A stretch of DNA of 64,000 nucleotides, from contig MU058065.1 of the NCBI GenBank assembly GCA_013265495.1, forward strand, positions 7,936,302 to 8,000,301. The letters are read 5' to 3'. The stretch's first letter is position 1. Every line of letters begins with the position of its first letter. The notes beneath the pieces were generated by a model. It had not been told where the DNA came from, ran no database searches, and saw nothing but the letters and a program-made list of their open reading frames with translations. The position numbers and the translations under genes were made by a program. Source of the stretch: Vicugna vicugna. Its lineage: Eukaryota. Below are positions 38,287 to 50,155 of this stretch, piece after piece.

Positions 38287-39285
38287 TACATCAGTTAAGG
38301 AGCTTTCAGAGGGTGAATAATGGAAAACCCAACTCAAATTGGATCCAGCACTAGAGGGATTTATCTTCTCATGTCACTGGAGGAGCAGAGGGTGGCTTCA
38401 GACAAGGTCACATCAGCAGCCTTGCGACATCCTCGAGTTTCCAGGACATTCCCTCACTCCAAGTTACTATACAGGACATCCACACTTTCCCTCATAGTTG
38501 CAAGGGGCCACCAGCGGCAATGGAGACTAAAAGCCTTCACATCCAACAAGAGAAAGAAGAGGAATCTCTGCCCCAGACATGGAATATACATCTTCCCATG
38601 ATCTAATCTGATTAGGCTGATTTGGGTCACTTACATAACCAATAGCTGTCATCAGATTAGACCAGTGGTTTTTAAATTTTTTCCACTTGGGACCCTTTAT
38701 ATTCTAAAAGTGGACACCAGAGAGCTTTTGTTTAGGTGGATTATAGCTATTGAGGAACACTGTATTATAAATTAATACTGGAATTATTTTTTATAATTTT
38801 TTAAGATTTTAAATTTTTTAATATTTGTCAATTTATTTAAAAACAACAGTAATAAACTCATTACATGTTAACATATTTGTTATTAAAAATAACTTTTCTT
38901 GTTAAAGTTTAGTAAGAAGTATGGCATTGTTCCACATACTTGCAAATCTCTTTAATTTCTAGTTTAATAGAAGACAGCTGGGTTCTCATATCTGCTTCTG
39001 CATTCAATCTGCTGCAATATCACATGACGGTTAGCCTCTGGAAAAATTCCAGTGTATATTCATAAAAGAATGAGAGTGAAAAAGGCAAATAATGGCTTAG
39101 AATAAAAATAGTTTGACCTTCCAGACCCCCTGGAAGGGTCTCATGAACACACTTTGACAATTGCTGGCTTAGATTAATCAGAATTGCCCTCTGAATCAGG
39201 GGATAGGGTGGAAATCAGAACAAAACCAGACTCTTGGAAAAGGGAAGGAGTCTGGGTTCCAGTAGCAATCACCAGTATCTCCAGC
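38287..39285 (-). mobile_element. Old MaLR LTR (MLT1J/K/L-like), split by a Charlie element
   Basis: 'catcagttaagga...gaaaacccaactcaaattgg...gggatttat...tgatttgggtcac...aaccaatagctgtc' continues after 39167. Weakly conserved. Confidence 0.55.
38663..39166 (+). mobile_element. Non-autonomous hAT-Charlie DNA transposon (Charlie4a/MER119-type)
   Basis: CAG...CTG termini; internal 'gagcttttgtttaggtgg...tgcaaatctctttaat...taatagaagacagctgggttctcatatctgcttctgcattcaatctg...gaatgagagtgaaaaaggcaaataa'; 8-bp flanks gattagac/gcttagat (6/8). Confidence 0.85.
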
Positions 39286-39489
39286 ACTGATCTAAAGACA
39301 TACAAACAGACAAAACCCACTGCCACCTACCATCTCCTACATCTCATTTTTTAAAAGTATTTTGATATCAATGACATAGGATAAACACAATTTCACAATA
39401 AAGGGTAGTCATTTTGATTGAATGCATAAAGTTTTATGAAAAACTGACTACCATGAATGGATGTGGAGGGAGAGGAGCAAAAAAAACAT

Positions 39490-39960
39490 ACAGATGGTCT
39501 CCAGCCTGAATTGTGGGTGAAGAGGATGGTATTCACTGAAACAGAGAACCAGACGGGGAGCAAGTTTGGGGCAGAAATGATGAATTCCACTTTGGACATG
39601 CTGACTGGGGCCTAGGAGAAAGCCAAGCAGGGAGGTCAGGACTCCATGCAGAGATGGGGGCTGGGGGAGAAGAGCTTAGGTACGTGAGTGATAAGTGAAG
39701 TATTTGTGGTACAGGAGGTCCCCTGGGGAACCATGCAGACAGGAGATGGCAGATGGTCCAGGGAGAACCCGGAGCACCAACCATCTTTAAGGGTGGGTAG
39801 AAAAGGAAAGACAGGCAGAGGATAAGGAAGAGGATTTGCCAGAAAGCTCCAAAAACATGTTCCAACTCATGGTCTTGAGAGCATTCAGTAAAGGGAGAGT
39901 CATGGTGAAGCAGATGTGCATAGATGTGTATAGAAGGTTCTAGAGGGCTGTGAGTGTGGG
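39490..39960 (-). mobile_element. L2 fragment
   Basis: 'ggatggtattcactgaaacagagaac...ggagcaagtttggggcagaaatgatgaattccactttggacatg'. Confidence 0.7.
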
Positions 39961-40719
39961 CACAGAAGCTGATTTGCTGGCAGCCTTCATGATGAGCCTC
40001 TGGCCTCCAGGGCCTGCAGCCTACAACATCCTCCTATCCAAAAACAAAAACAAGAGACCTGCACTCAGAAGAGAATCTCTAAAAATATTTTTAATGACTG
40101 TATAATACTTCACCCCATGGTGCCATTGTGCAATGGTAAGTGCTCACAATACGTTAGCAAGTGAAAAAACAAAGCAAGACACCAAGCAGTATAAGAATGA
40201 TTCCTCTTTGGGGGTCTACTGGTGCGTTGCGATGAGTGTGGACATCTGTGTAAATGGACCCATGCATGGCTGGATCAAAGGAGGCTCCAGGGCTGTGCTT
40301 GGGCAGGATTTGGCATTTTGGTTCTCCTGAGCGCAGCTGCTTGCTTTGTAAGCTGATGAGATTTTGAGGGGGTGGTGGCAGGATTTAAGTGCTAGGTGGC
40401 TGAGAGGCCAGGAATGAGTTTCCCAGGAAAGACAGAGAAGAGAGAATGGGACAATGTCCACCAGGATTAAAACTTTGCAGAAAGCTCCCAGACATTTAAA
40501 GTGTATGGGGAGAGGTGGAATTTGCTGCATAGTGTGATACAAACCTCTCCATCATTTCCCCAAAAATTCTAGAAAAATCTACATTACTCAGCAACAATTT
40601 AGGAATTGGAATTGGATGGGACCAGGGACTACAAGGATTGACCTTCAGATAGCACAGAACAAGAACCACAAAGGCAGCTCAGGAAGGCTTAGTTACTTGT
40701 GAGTTATAAAGCAATAAGA

Positions 40720-40915
40720 ACAACTATAATAATAATGTTTCTTGAGTACTTATATACCAGGCAATCCTCTAAACACTTTACATGTATTGACTCATCAAAT
40801 CTTCACAACAGCCTTATAGCATAGGCACCATGATTACCCCAATTTTACAGGTGAAGTAACTGAGGCAGAGAAAGGCTAGTCATTTGTGTAAGAACACAGA
40901 GCTAGTAACTGGCTT
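40720..40915 (-). mobile_element. MIR SINE
   Basis: 'ttgagtacttatataccaggc...ctttacatgtattgactcat...cttcacaacagcc...ccccaattttacaggtgaagtaactgaggcagag'. Confidence 0.9.
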
Positions 40916-43105
40916 AGCACCTGGATCAGAGATTTTGCTTTTAGCCTCCACAGTCCAACATGCCTCTGAGTAAACTAAGCAGCATGCCTGTTAGAAACTA
41001 GAACAAGACCTCAACCACAGTTGTTTCTGGGTTATAAACAAATGGGGGATTTTTGTTTCCTTATGTATGCATTTTCTATGTATTCCAGTTTTTCTCCAGT
41101 GATAAGGTATAACTTTTACAGTGACACGAAAATAAGAAAAGGATCTTATTTCACCAATTATATAAATATTAGTTGCAACCGATCAGAGCATAAGTGAAAC
41201 CTCTCCTAGAAGGATTTACATTTTGATGAGTAGCAAATTCTTAAATGGAAGGGAGAGCTTTCTTATCAGCCAGCAGGCTGGGAACTGTTAGAAGGAGGGG
41301 GAAATTTCTCAGACTCTGAAGTCATCTCACTGCTCACCAGTGCCTGGACATAACTGTGCTCCCAAGAGCAGCCTCCTGGAAAGAAGAGAATTGAGGGGGA
41401 TGGTAATTCCCCCATGTAATCAAACCCTGTCAGGGGGCCACAGCTGTAACTGAATCCTGTATTTGTGTGAGAGAGGAGAGGGGGGCCAAGTGACCTGCTG
41501 AATCAGAAACCTGGCATCCTGGCCTGGCAGCCTGCAGCTTAAAGAACATGTGAGCTCTGACTTGCCCATCTCGATACCCCCTTAATTTAGCACAGTGTTG
41601 CATGGTGAGGCTTAGTAAATTAATTAATTAATAATTATTATGATTTTCATTTTCACAAACAACCTACAAAGAAAGGAAGAATGAAAACCACCCCCAGGGA
41701 GGATGTTTGGGAGGCCTATTTAACTCTAAAGCATGTGAAACCAAAGCATGGGGTTCCAGGGAGAACCAAGTTGCCTGCCTGGAGATAGTTCCCATCATGA
41801 GAGACTTCGGTCAACTTTGGAGGGGTGAAGAGGTGGAGGGCTGGCCACGGTGACTTTCAATGGCCCTTAGGCCTGGGCAGAGGCAGCATGCTCTACCTGA
41901 GAATCAAACAAGCAAATAACAAAACGCCTCTAGGCCTCGGTTTGAGTCTCAGCTTACAGAGGTTTGGAGAAACTGGGGGTTCGATGGGACTGCAGGGATT
42001 TTCTTATCCCCCTCCCCAGCCCACCTGCAGATGCCTCCCACAGTCTCACCATCTGGCGACACTCCAACCTCCATATAACCCCATCTCCCAGTTCCCCAAA
42101 GAGCTCATTCTATTAACAGACCCTTGGAAAAATATTAAGCAAACCTCTCTGGGAATATTCATCCTAGGAGGGACAGAAATCCTGAATTATCTTAGGACAT
42201 AGAGCCTGGTTGATATCCAAGCCATAATGTTCATGAGACTCCACTCTGCCATCTCTGGTGACCACCGGGGCTACAGCCTCTCACAGGAATCACCCAGACC
42301 CACCTGCCAATGCTCTCCAGGAGACTTGATTCATTTCTTCAAGCTGTTATTTTCCAAACAAGACAAATCACAGCTAACGCTGTGAGCTTGACTAACTCCC
42401 TAATCTTTCTTAGGCCCAATCTGGAAAATTTCCTCATCTGGAAAATGAGAAAATCAGATCAGCTGATCTCTGGCTGAAATCAGATCTAAGGCTAACGCCA
42501 TGAGCCTGTGATTAGTCTTGCCAGTAATGTGGCAAGACGAGGGAGAGAGGGTACTCAGGATTTACGTGGGAGTCAAACCTGAGTGCCAGGTAGAAGCAGC
42601 CTGGGCAATTAGCAAAGGCTGAAAGTGAGAAAAGTGGGCGTATTTGTACTTGAGAGCTGGATGCCTGCCCAAGGCTCTAGGTACACAGAGTCTCAAGCCA
42701 GGGTTTCAAGCCACCGGAGGAGACGGCCCCACTTGTACAACAGCTGCCATGCTAAGGGAAAGGGTACCCAGAGCTCCTATTCAAACTACACCTTCAGAAA
42801 GCACACCCACCTGACACAGCTCTGGGCCCTCGAGGGGTTTAGGGAAGCAGGGTCTATTCCAGGTGAGGCTTCCAAAACTTCTAAGCAGGGTTTGGGAAAC
42901 CACTGGACAGATCATAACCGAGGAAGGAAGAATGAGGCGTATAAGGGGTAAGATAGCAGGGAAAGCAGGCAAGAGTAAGAGTTTATATACATCCAGAGTC
43001 ACAGCCCAGAGGATGCCAACCCCTTACTGAGGAAGGATGGAGGTGGCATCAACATGCACCCACCATGTTCCTCAGCCAGGTGCTGGCACAGCGCCAGGGA
43101 AGGCA

Positions 43106-43380
43106 GGGTGTTGCCTTGGAGAGCACGGGCTCTGGACGAAAGTGCCTGGTTCCATCCCACCCCTGGATCCACAGCTGTATTACTTAGATTCAATAACTGG
43201 CCTTTCTAAGCTCAGTTTCCGCATCTGCATGATGAGGACAATGATAATCTGTATGATGGGGAGACTGGTAACTACCTCATAAGGTTCTCATGAGGGTTAG
43301 GGAAGATGATTCAGTAGCACTCAGGGACGTGTCCAGAACCTAAGGCACATTCCGTAGTGTTAGCAGTAGCTGTTGTGGTT
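43106..43380 (+). mobile_element. MIR SINE
   Basis: 'gagagcacgggctctgga...ctcagtttccgcatctgcatgatgaggacaatgata...ctacctcataaggttctcatgaggg'. Confidence 0.8.
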
Positions 43381-43793
43381 GTTAACTTTTCATTAGACTA
43401 GCCCCCTCCCAAAAACGAAGCTATTGCTCATTCCTGAAGTTCTTAAGTTTGGAGGAGATGACAGAAGGGAAGAGGCAGGAAGGAAAAATCATCCCCTCAG
43501 GGATGGGGTCCTTTTTCTCTCTGCCCTCCACACCCAGCTATGCCCCCCACCTCGCCCCTCACTCCCACAGCTCCCAGCCAGGAGGGCAGCAGAGAGGCAG
43601 CCGTGGACCAACCAGTGACACAGAACTCCAGCTTGGTTCTGCTTGACCTCACACGTTGCAGTCAGGGGCCTAAGGGACAGAGGTGAGCAAGTGGGTCACA
43701 GTGCTCAGTGAAGAGATGGGAGAAGAAATATCTTACAGTGATGCAAACAGGAAGAAATGGGAAAATCAGTGGCCAAAGCCCAGTTGGGAAAGT

Positions 43794-44006
43794 CTGGCTG
43801 TCAGATAAAATATAAGATGCCCAGTGAAATGTGAATTTCAGATAAACAAGGAATCATTTTACAATACAAGTAGGTCCAAATATTACATGAGGCATACTTA
43901 TACTAAAACAAACAACAAAAAAACAAACAAAAAAAACTGTTGTTTACCTAAAATTCAAACTTAACCAGACATCTTGTGTTTTTATTTGTTAAATCTAGCA
44001 GCCTTG
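43794..44006 (+). mobile_element. MER53 palindromic DNA-transposon element (MITE-like)
   Basis: 'gtcagataaaatataagatgcccagtgaaatgtgaatttcagataaacaa...aagtaggtccaaatattacatgaggcatacttatactaaaa...ttgtttacctaaaattcaaacttaaccagacatcttgtg...aaatctagcagcc'; the two arms are self-complementary. Confidence 0.88.
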
Positions 44007-44489
44007 GCCGGAAGCACCATGACAGCAGGCTGGAGAGGGTGCTGTGGGGTTGGGAGAGGGGAGCTGGACTCAGCCTGGGAGGGGAGGAGGAAGAGCAAGG
44101 TCAGGCCAAGGGCACAGGGGGAGTGGATGAAGAACCCAATGCTTGGGCTGTGAAAGATGACAGAGGCCCTCTGGGTGAAGGGAAAAGAGCCTGGAAGAGA
44201 ACAGCAAGTTCTGAGAACTAGTGCCATCCAGTGTCACCCAGTGTAGCACGAAGCGAGGAAAGCAGGGCCCAGGCACCCACCTTAGGAGATGACTTATATT
44301 TGGAACATGTATTTGTGGAACAATTTCAGCATCTCCAATGTGCCCGGCTCTCTTCCTGAGATACAGAACTGAACAGACAGACAAGCTCACCGCACTCAAG
44401 GTGTCTCTTATGTTCCAGCAGGAAATGAGGGCATTTTGGACAATAAACAAGTAAACAAGGTGAAGAGAACCGGTGACAGTCAGATCTAA

Positions 44490-44760
44490 CCCCTACTCCT
44501 ATGTTTACCTGGATAACTACGATACACCTCTTGATTCTATCTGGATGTTATCCCCTTGAGCAAGCCTTTCCTGAAGCCTTTCCCTGGAATTAGGACCCTC
44601 CCTGGTCCTCCTTGCACACCATGCAGAATAGAGTGTTTATTTCTCTATGCCACACACTAAACTGTAGGTCCTTAAGGAAAGGGCCTGCTATTAAGTCCCG
44701 AGTATTCAGCGTGGTGATTGGTACCCAGTACATGCTAAAAAATACTCTGTTGGAGAAATA
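44490..44760 (+). mobile_element. L2 3' end
   Basis: 'aagcctttcctga...cacactaaactgtaggtccttaaggaaaggg...cagcgtggtgattggtacccagtacatgctaaaaaatac'. Confidence 0.65.
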
Positions 44761-46914
44761 TATGGGTTTTGTGTATAAGGCATGGCTATGCACATCCTGA
44801 TGAAGAAGCCTAATCCAAGTGGATTTATGGATCTAAAATAGAAAAAGGATCAGGAGCTTAAAATCAGATTTTTTAATTCTAATATATGGATATTATGTTA
44901 GGGCCATGAGTGTGAAAATTCCTGTCCAAGAAAAGTACATGCATTATGAAGTGAGATGAGTGTCTCTGGTTAGGAGCAAACAGAATTAACACTGGAAGAC
45001 TTGAAGAAAAACAAATGAACAAGCAACAAGCTGAACCACCCGCACAAACAAAAACAGCTCACCTGGGGTTTGGGGATTACTTTGGGGGCTGCCATAGGCA
45101 GCTCACAAGATCAGAGGAAAGGCTGGTAGCCAGGTCTAGAAAGCCTGGATCCAGAGTAGGTCAGGTCATCCGTGGGCAGGAAGAAAGCCCAGTGTGGGGA
45201 ATGGGCCCCACCAGCAGGGCTCATCCTGTTTACTCATCTCAAGGAAGTCCCAGGAGAGAAAATCCACTGCATAGCCTGGGGCATGGACCTACCTCCTAGA
45301 GCAGGACAGGACGTTATTGAGACCAACACTGCACCTATGGGTAATTCCACCCTGTGGAATTAGGGTGGCATTTTAGAAAACAAGATAAAATAGATGCTAA
45401 ACAGTCAATACACAGTGTCTCTATAATCATGAAGGTTTACCGAACTGTCAGAATGGAAATCCCTGGGACAAGCAGCCCAGGGGCACCATGACACCTCCTT
45501 CTCTGGTCATTTCTAAGGAAAGTCATATACAATCATATACAAAGTCATATACAATCCCTCCTGAGATTATCTGAATGGAGCATTGCCTGGAAATGGAAGA
45601 ATAAGCAAAGTAGCATCTTCAGTTGTTTCCAGATCTACAAGAATCAAAGTTTCAGGACAACCAAGGGAGCCTGAAAGGTTTAATAGTGTCCATCAGTGTC
45701 ATCTTTTCTATGTGAGAGAGTACAGAATCATGCTGTTTCATTTCTGTTGTGGAGATAAGGGCTGGGGGCAGAGCGGGACAGAATGGGGTGAGCTGTTGGA
45801 ATAACCAACCTGAGGTTGGATGGGTAGTGTCTAAATTTATGTGTAGATGTGCCTTCAATGTTGCAGTTGTTTACATCAAGATAGACATCTAGATGTGTTG
45901 ATATGCTGCAGGCAAGTTGCCCTCCCTGTTGGAGCACCTGGGGTTTACAGGTTTAGAAGAAGCCTCCCCATGCAAGCAACTGTCAAGAATGATGGATGCT
46001 GAAATCTCAGGTTGGAGGAAGGCGTGAACAAGAGGCCTGAGCCCTGGGAACCTGTTGGAACTTAATTCCATTCTCTTTATCTTTGACTATCAAGGACCGA
46101 TGATTGGTGATCCTTTCAAGTTGCCTAGAGGACATCGGAGCCAAGGCACCAAAAGAGTGATTAGAGGGGTTGTAGGGACAGCTGAAGAATTATTTGTGGG
46201 GAGCGGGCATAGAGGGAGAAAGAGAAAGAAGCAGAGTGGTAATGGGAGAGGGAGGTGATGGGGCAGAGACCCAGTGTGGGATACCAAGAGGTGACTTTTA
46301 CATGTCGATAAGAAACTAGGATGATTTTCCTTTGAAACTGTTGTTTTGGACAAGAAATTCTACTCTCTAGCTCTAATACCAGTTTCCTTTCTTCCAATTT
46401 TTAATGCTCAAGAGTCTTTTCACGTCCTTTCTAAACTGCCCCACCCAACTTCTTTTTCTTCCCACTTCCCATTCCTCTCTTTCCTATTTTAAATTTGGGA
46501 AAGACTTGCATATTAAACCTTCAGGATAGTAAAGGCCACACACACTGTCCCCAAGTTTTAAAATAAATAAAAGCAATCCTTTTCATGTATATTGTCCTGA
46601 CCAGATGGAAAAACATTTTCACTTGTGTAATCTCATCCAACTGTCACATCAGCCCTGGCATTACTGGTCTTCAAAGGTAAGAAAACAGTAATAGAGAAAT
46701 ATGGTTATGTGTTCAAGATGATGTTAACTGGCAAGGAATCAAGTGGAGAGGTTAATCCCAATCTTTTTTTTTTTTCTCACTATTAGAAACATCTTTGATC
46801 CATGTATGTCTGAACACTACTTACAAGGTTTACAGTGTGGTGGTCACATCCATTCACTGAAATGACGCTGATCTTAAATCTGCTTATCAGTAGCTCCCAT
46901 AGAATCATTGTTTC

Positions 46915-47660
46915 CCCAACTTTATTGAGGTATGATTGAAAAATTAAAATGGCATATATTTAAGACGTACAGTGTGGTGTTTTGATAGAAGACGACATTG
47001 TATAATGACTACCACAATCAAGCTATTGGACATATCCATCCCTTCACATAGTTGTCATTTGTGTGTGTGTGGTGGTGATACTTAAGATCTATTCTGTTAG
47101 CAAATTTCAAGTATACAATGCAATATTATTAACTATAGTCACCACGCCATGCATTAGATTCCCCAGAACTTATTCATCTTATCACTGAAAGTTTCTGTCC
47201 TTCAACCAACATCTCCCCATTTCCCCCACCACCCACCCCAGCCCCTGGGGACCACCTTTCTACTCTCTATTTGTCTAGTTCTACATTTTTAGATTCCACA
47301 TATAAGTGATACTATGCAATATTTGTCTTTCTAGTTCTGGCTTATTTCACTTAGCATAACGTTCTTTAAGTTCATCTACATTATAGCAAATGGCAGAAGT
47401 TCTTTCTTTTTAAAGCTGAATAATATTCCATTATGTGTGTGTGTGTGTACATATATGTACACACACACACATAATGGAATATTATATACGTAATATATAT
47501 ATACACACACATATATATTCATTTTCTTTATCCATTCATTTCTTGACAAACACAGTTGTTTCCACATTTGTCTGTTGTGAACAATGCTACATTGAACATG
47601 GGAGTGCAGATATCTCTTCAACATACTGGTTTCATTCCTTTGAATATACACCCAGAAGGG
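46915..47660 (-). mobile_element. L1MA9-like LINE-1 3' fragment
   Basis: 'aactttattgaggtatgattga...tagcaaatttcaagtatacaatgcaatattattaactatagtcacc...ccagaacttattcatctt...ttagattccacatataagtga...gaacatgggagtgcagatatctcttc...atacacccagaag'. Confidence 0.92.
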
Positions 47661-47851
47661 TAAAATTCAGAGTTCTTTCCATAACTCCACACTACCTGAA
47701 ACCTATGCTTTTCTCTACTCACCAGAAGCATGATTTTCTCTGGACAAGAGGGAGGGAGGAGAAAACAGCAAGGCTACTTCTTGGGATGGGAGCCCATTTC
47801 AGGTGCTTGTCTGGTGGGGAGATGCTGTCTGATCCGTCCATTCAGAAACCA

Positions 47852-48563
47852 TGTATGGGGCCACTGATACCCATTACGTTGACCTGTCGCTGCCTTTCCT
47901 TTGTTTTGTAGCACCTGTAGTTTGTGTGGAGCATGAATCAACCCCGATACCAAAGATGAGCCCTTGATTGGTCTGAGCCAATCAGAAAATTCCATCCAAC
48001 TTATCACAAGCATTTGTCCACCTCGGCTCATGGCATCCTTCTGGGAATCACAGTGATTAGTTCAAGTGGGCCCAGTAAGAGTGAGCGCAGGGCCAGGCCC
48101 AGCCTCATGGGCACGTGACCTGCACAGCCACACAGGTCCCTGCACTGACTAGGGCTCCACAATCGGTTTAATGTTCTGGTTTTGCCTTCTTGAAATTCTC
48201 AATAATTGTTGAACAAGACACACTTGTTTTCTTCCACACTGGACCCCGCAGATCATGTCACTGGTCCTGCACAGGACTTTACTTTGTTGACTGAAGGCGG
48301 ACACGAACAAGGAGCACATACCCATGGCAGCCGTATGCTGCCATCTCACAACCGTGAGAAAAGCAGCCTGAAGACAAAGTCAACACTTCAGAGGGCAGAA
48401 CTGAGAGGAGCAGAGAGAGCAAGTGCCCTGACTGAGTCAAACCTGAAGTCCACCACTAAGCTGGACTTCTTGATTATACAAGCTAAAACATCCCTTTCTT
48501 GGTTTAAGCAGACTTCAGGGACATTTTCTATTATTTGCAACTGAGCACATTCTATCTGATACA
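47852..48563 (+). mobile_element. Old ERVL/MaLR solo LTR (MLT1J/K/L-like), split by MER45A
   Basis: TG...CA ends; 'tgattggtctgagccaatcag'; 3' end 'tttaagcag...ttttctattatttgcaactgagcacattctatctgataca'. Confidence 0.7.
48094..48269 (+). mobile_element. MER45A hAT DNA transposon
   Basis: 'caggcccagcctcatgggcacgtgacctgcacagccacacagg...ggtttaatgttctg...tcttgaaattctcaataattgttgaacaag...cactggaccccgcagatcatgtcactggtcctg'; flanks cgcagggc/cacaggac (6/8). Confidence 0.88.
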
Positions 48564-48867
48564 ATGACTAGAGACACGTGTCAGTGCAATAACTTAGACT
48601 CTCAGAGACACATCTACAGGGCAGGAAAGGGTGACCTCAGCTATCTTTCCTACATATTCTGCACTCCAGTCTCATCTTCTCCATGACATCTGTCTTGTCC
48701 ATTCACTCCAGCCCCAAGGCGCCCCCTCCTCAATAATCCCAAAGTAACTCAGTCAAATCAACGCCCATTTCTTGAACATTCAGCATAAGATGTGTCTAGC
48801 ACTGGGCTGGGCTGAACCATTTACATACTGTATAGTGTCTGTTTATATAAAAGACATAAGAACAAGC

Positions 48868-48975
48868 ATTTAGAGCTGGACAGGACCTAAGAGACTGAGT
48901 CTAACACCGCTTCATTTTCCAGATGGAAACAAAGCCCACAGGAAGAGTGACTTATCCAAGGACACTTAGCAAGTC
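48868..48975 (-). mobile_element. MIR/MIR3 fragment
   Basis: 'ttagagctggacaggacctaagag...cttcattttccagatggaaac...gtgacttatccaaggacac'. Confidence 0.7.
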
Positions 48976-49282
48976 GGTCTGATTCAGGCCTCTGCCTCCT
49001 TCCCCCAGCCCTCAGCTCTCTCCACTTACTCTGCCTCAGGAACCATCCAGCTATTTCTACAATACATTGAAGACTGAATCTTTGGTCCTACTAAAGTTGA
49101 AGAAGGCACAGTATCCCCATTAGTCACAAACAGTTTGGTGTGCAAAACTCCTTCCACCTTCTCCAAAACATAGACTCCATCAGACACGTACAAATACCAG
49201 AATCTGCCCAGTAGACACTGGTCATGGTAAAAATTGCTTTTATCCTTGTTAGAATTTAATCATTCATATTTTGGTATTCAAC

Positions 49283-49505
49283 AATCTGGGTTCAAGTTGT
49301 GGATTCTTCCATTTACTAGCTCTGTGATCTTAGGTAAGATTTTCGATACTTCTATGACTCAGCTTTGTCCTCCCTAAAACAAGATGATCATTCTTACCTT
49401 AGAAGGAAGTAGTAAAGATGAAATATATTAATGAGTATAAAACACTGAGGACAGGGTTGCTCCATTGACATATCAAATGCTCAATAAACACTAGCTATTA
49501 TTACT
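49283..49505 (+). mobile_element. MIR SINE
   Basis: 'ctgggttcaagt...ccatttactagctctgtgatcttaggtaag...ctcagctttgtcc...tgctcaataaacactagctattatt'. Confidence 0.85.
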
Positions 49506-49939
49506 TGAATTATTATAATAATACTCTCCCTCGTGATATCACCCATGGTTATCTTGCACTGACATTTAACTCTTAAGGTGACACTTAGCTTTTTGTAAGT
49601 ACATGCTTCACCCTCTTCCAAAAGCTCCTTCGTAGCAGGGAGCTGTCATAATTGATTGCTATCTTCTGTGGTACCCCAGACAGTGTGCTGCCCTCAGTGA
49701 GTACTCAATGAAGGACCATTGACTCATTGGCCGACCTCCACTAGCAAGTGGGATGCAAGAATTTCCCTTCCCTTTAGAAAAGTTTAGCTTTCTAGTTTGC
49801 AAGATGGAACATCTAACAAATTAACTATAAAAATTAGCCCAGTAAGGAAAGGTTCCAAGGGCTCCTTGAAGTTGTGGGGACAAGATACTGGTTGTTGGTG
49901 CCAACTGGAGACAAGACCCAAAAGAACAGGGCTCCACGA

Positions 49940-50155
49940 CAACTGAAGAGATAGGAGTTTGGTATCGAGAAGAGCTTCCTCAGTGGGGAGGATACAGCTC
50001 AGTGGCAGAGTGCCTGCTTAGCATATATGAGGTCCTGGGTTCAATCCCCAGTACCTCCTTATTCGACCGGGGCTTAGAAATGCTTTCAGAAAAGGTCATG
50101 GGATTTTCCTTCCTGGAGATTTTTAGGAAAGGTGGACACCACTTGGTTTCTAGTA
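49940..50155 (+). mobile_element. L3/CR1-like 3' fragment, interrupted by a SINE
   Basis: 'gaagagcttcctcag' before the SINE and 'aggtcatgggattttccttcctggagatttttaggaaaggtggacaccacttg' after it resemble the CR1/L3 3' end. Confidence 0.45.
49985..50058 (+). mobile_element. vic-1-type SINE, tRNA-like head only (no tail)
   Basis: 'ggggaggatacagctcagtggcagagtgcctgcttagcatatatgaggtcctgggttcaatccccagtacctcc', the same family as the copies at 3428 and 15377. Confidence 0.9.

Noticed and set aside
47376..47911. ORFs 47376-47651 and 47435-47911
   Set aside because: Translations of an L1MA9 remnant and a (TG/CA)n microsatellite.
49985..50058. tRNA-Ala(AGC) gene
   Set aside because: The anticodon stem is mismatched (cctgc/atatg), the acceptor stem is irregular, there is no oligo-T terminator, and the sequence matches the SINE copies elsewhere in the window.
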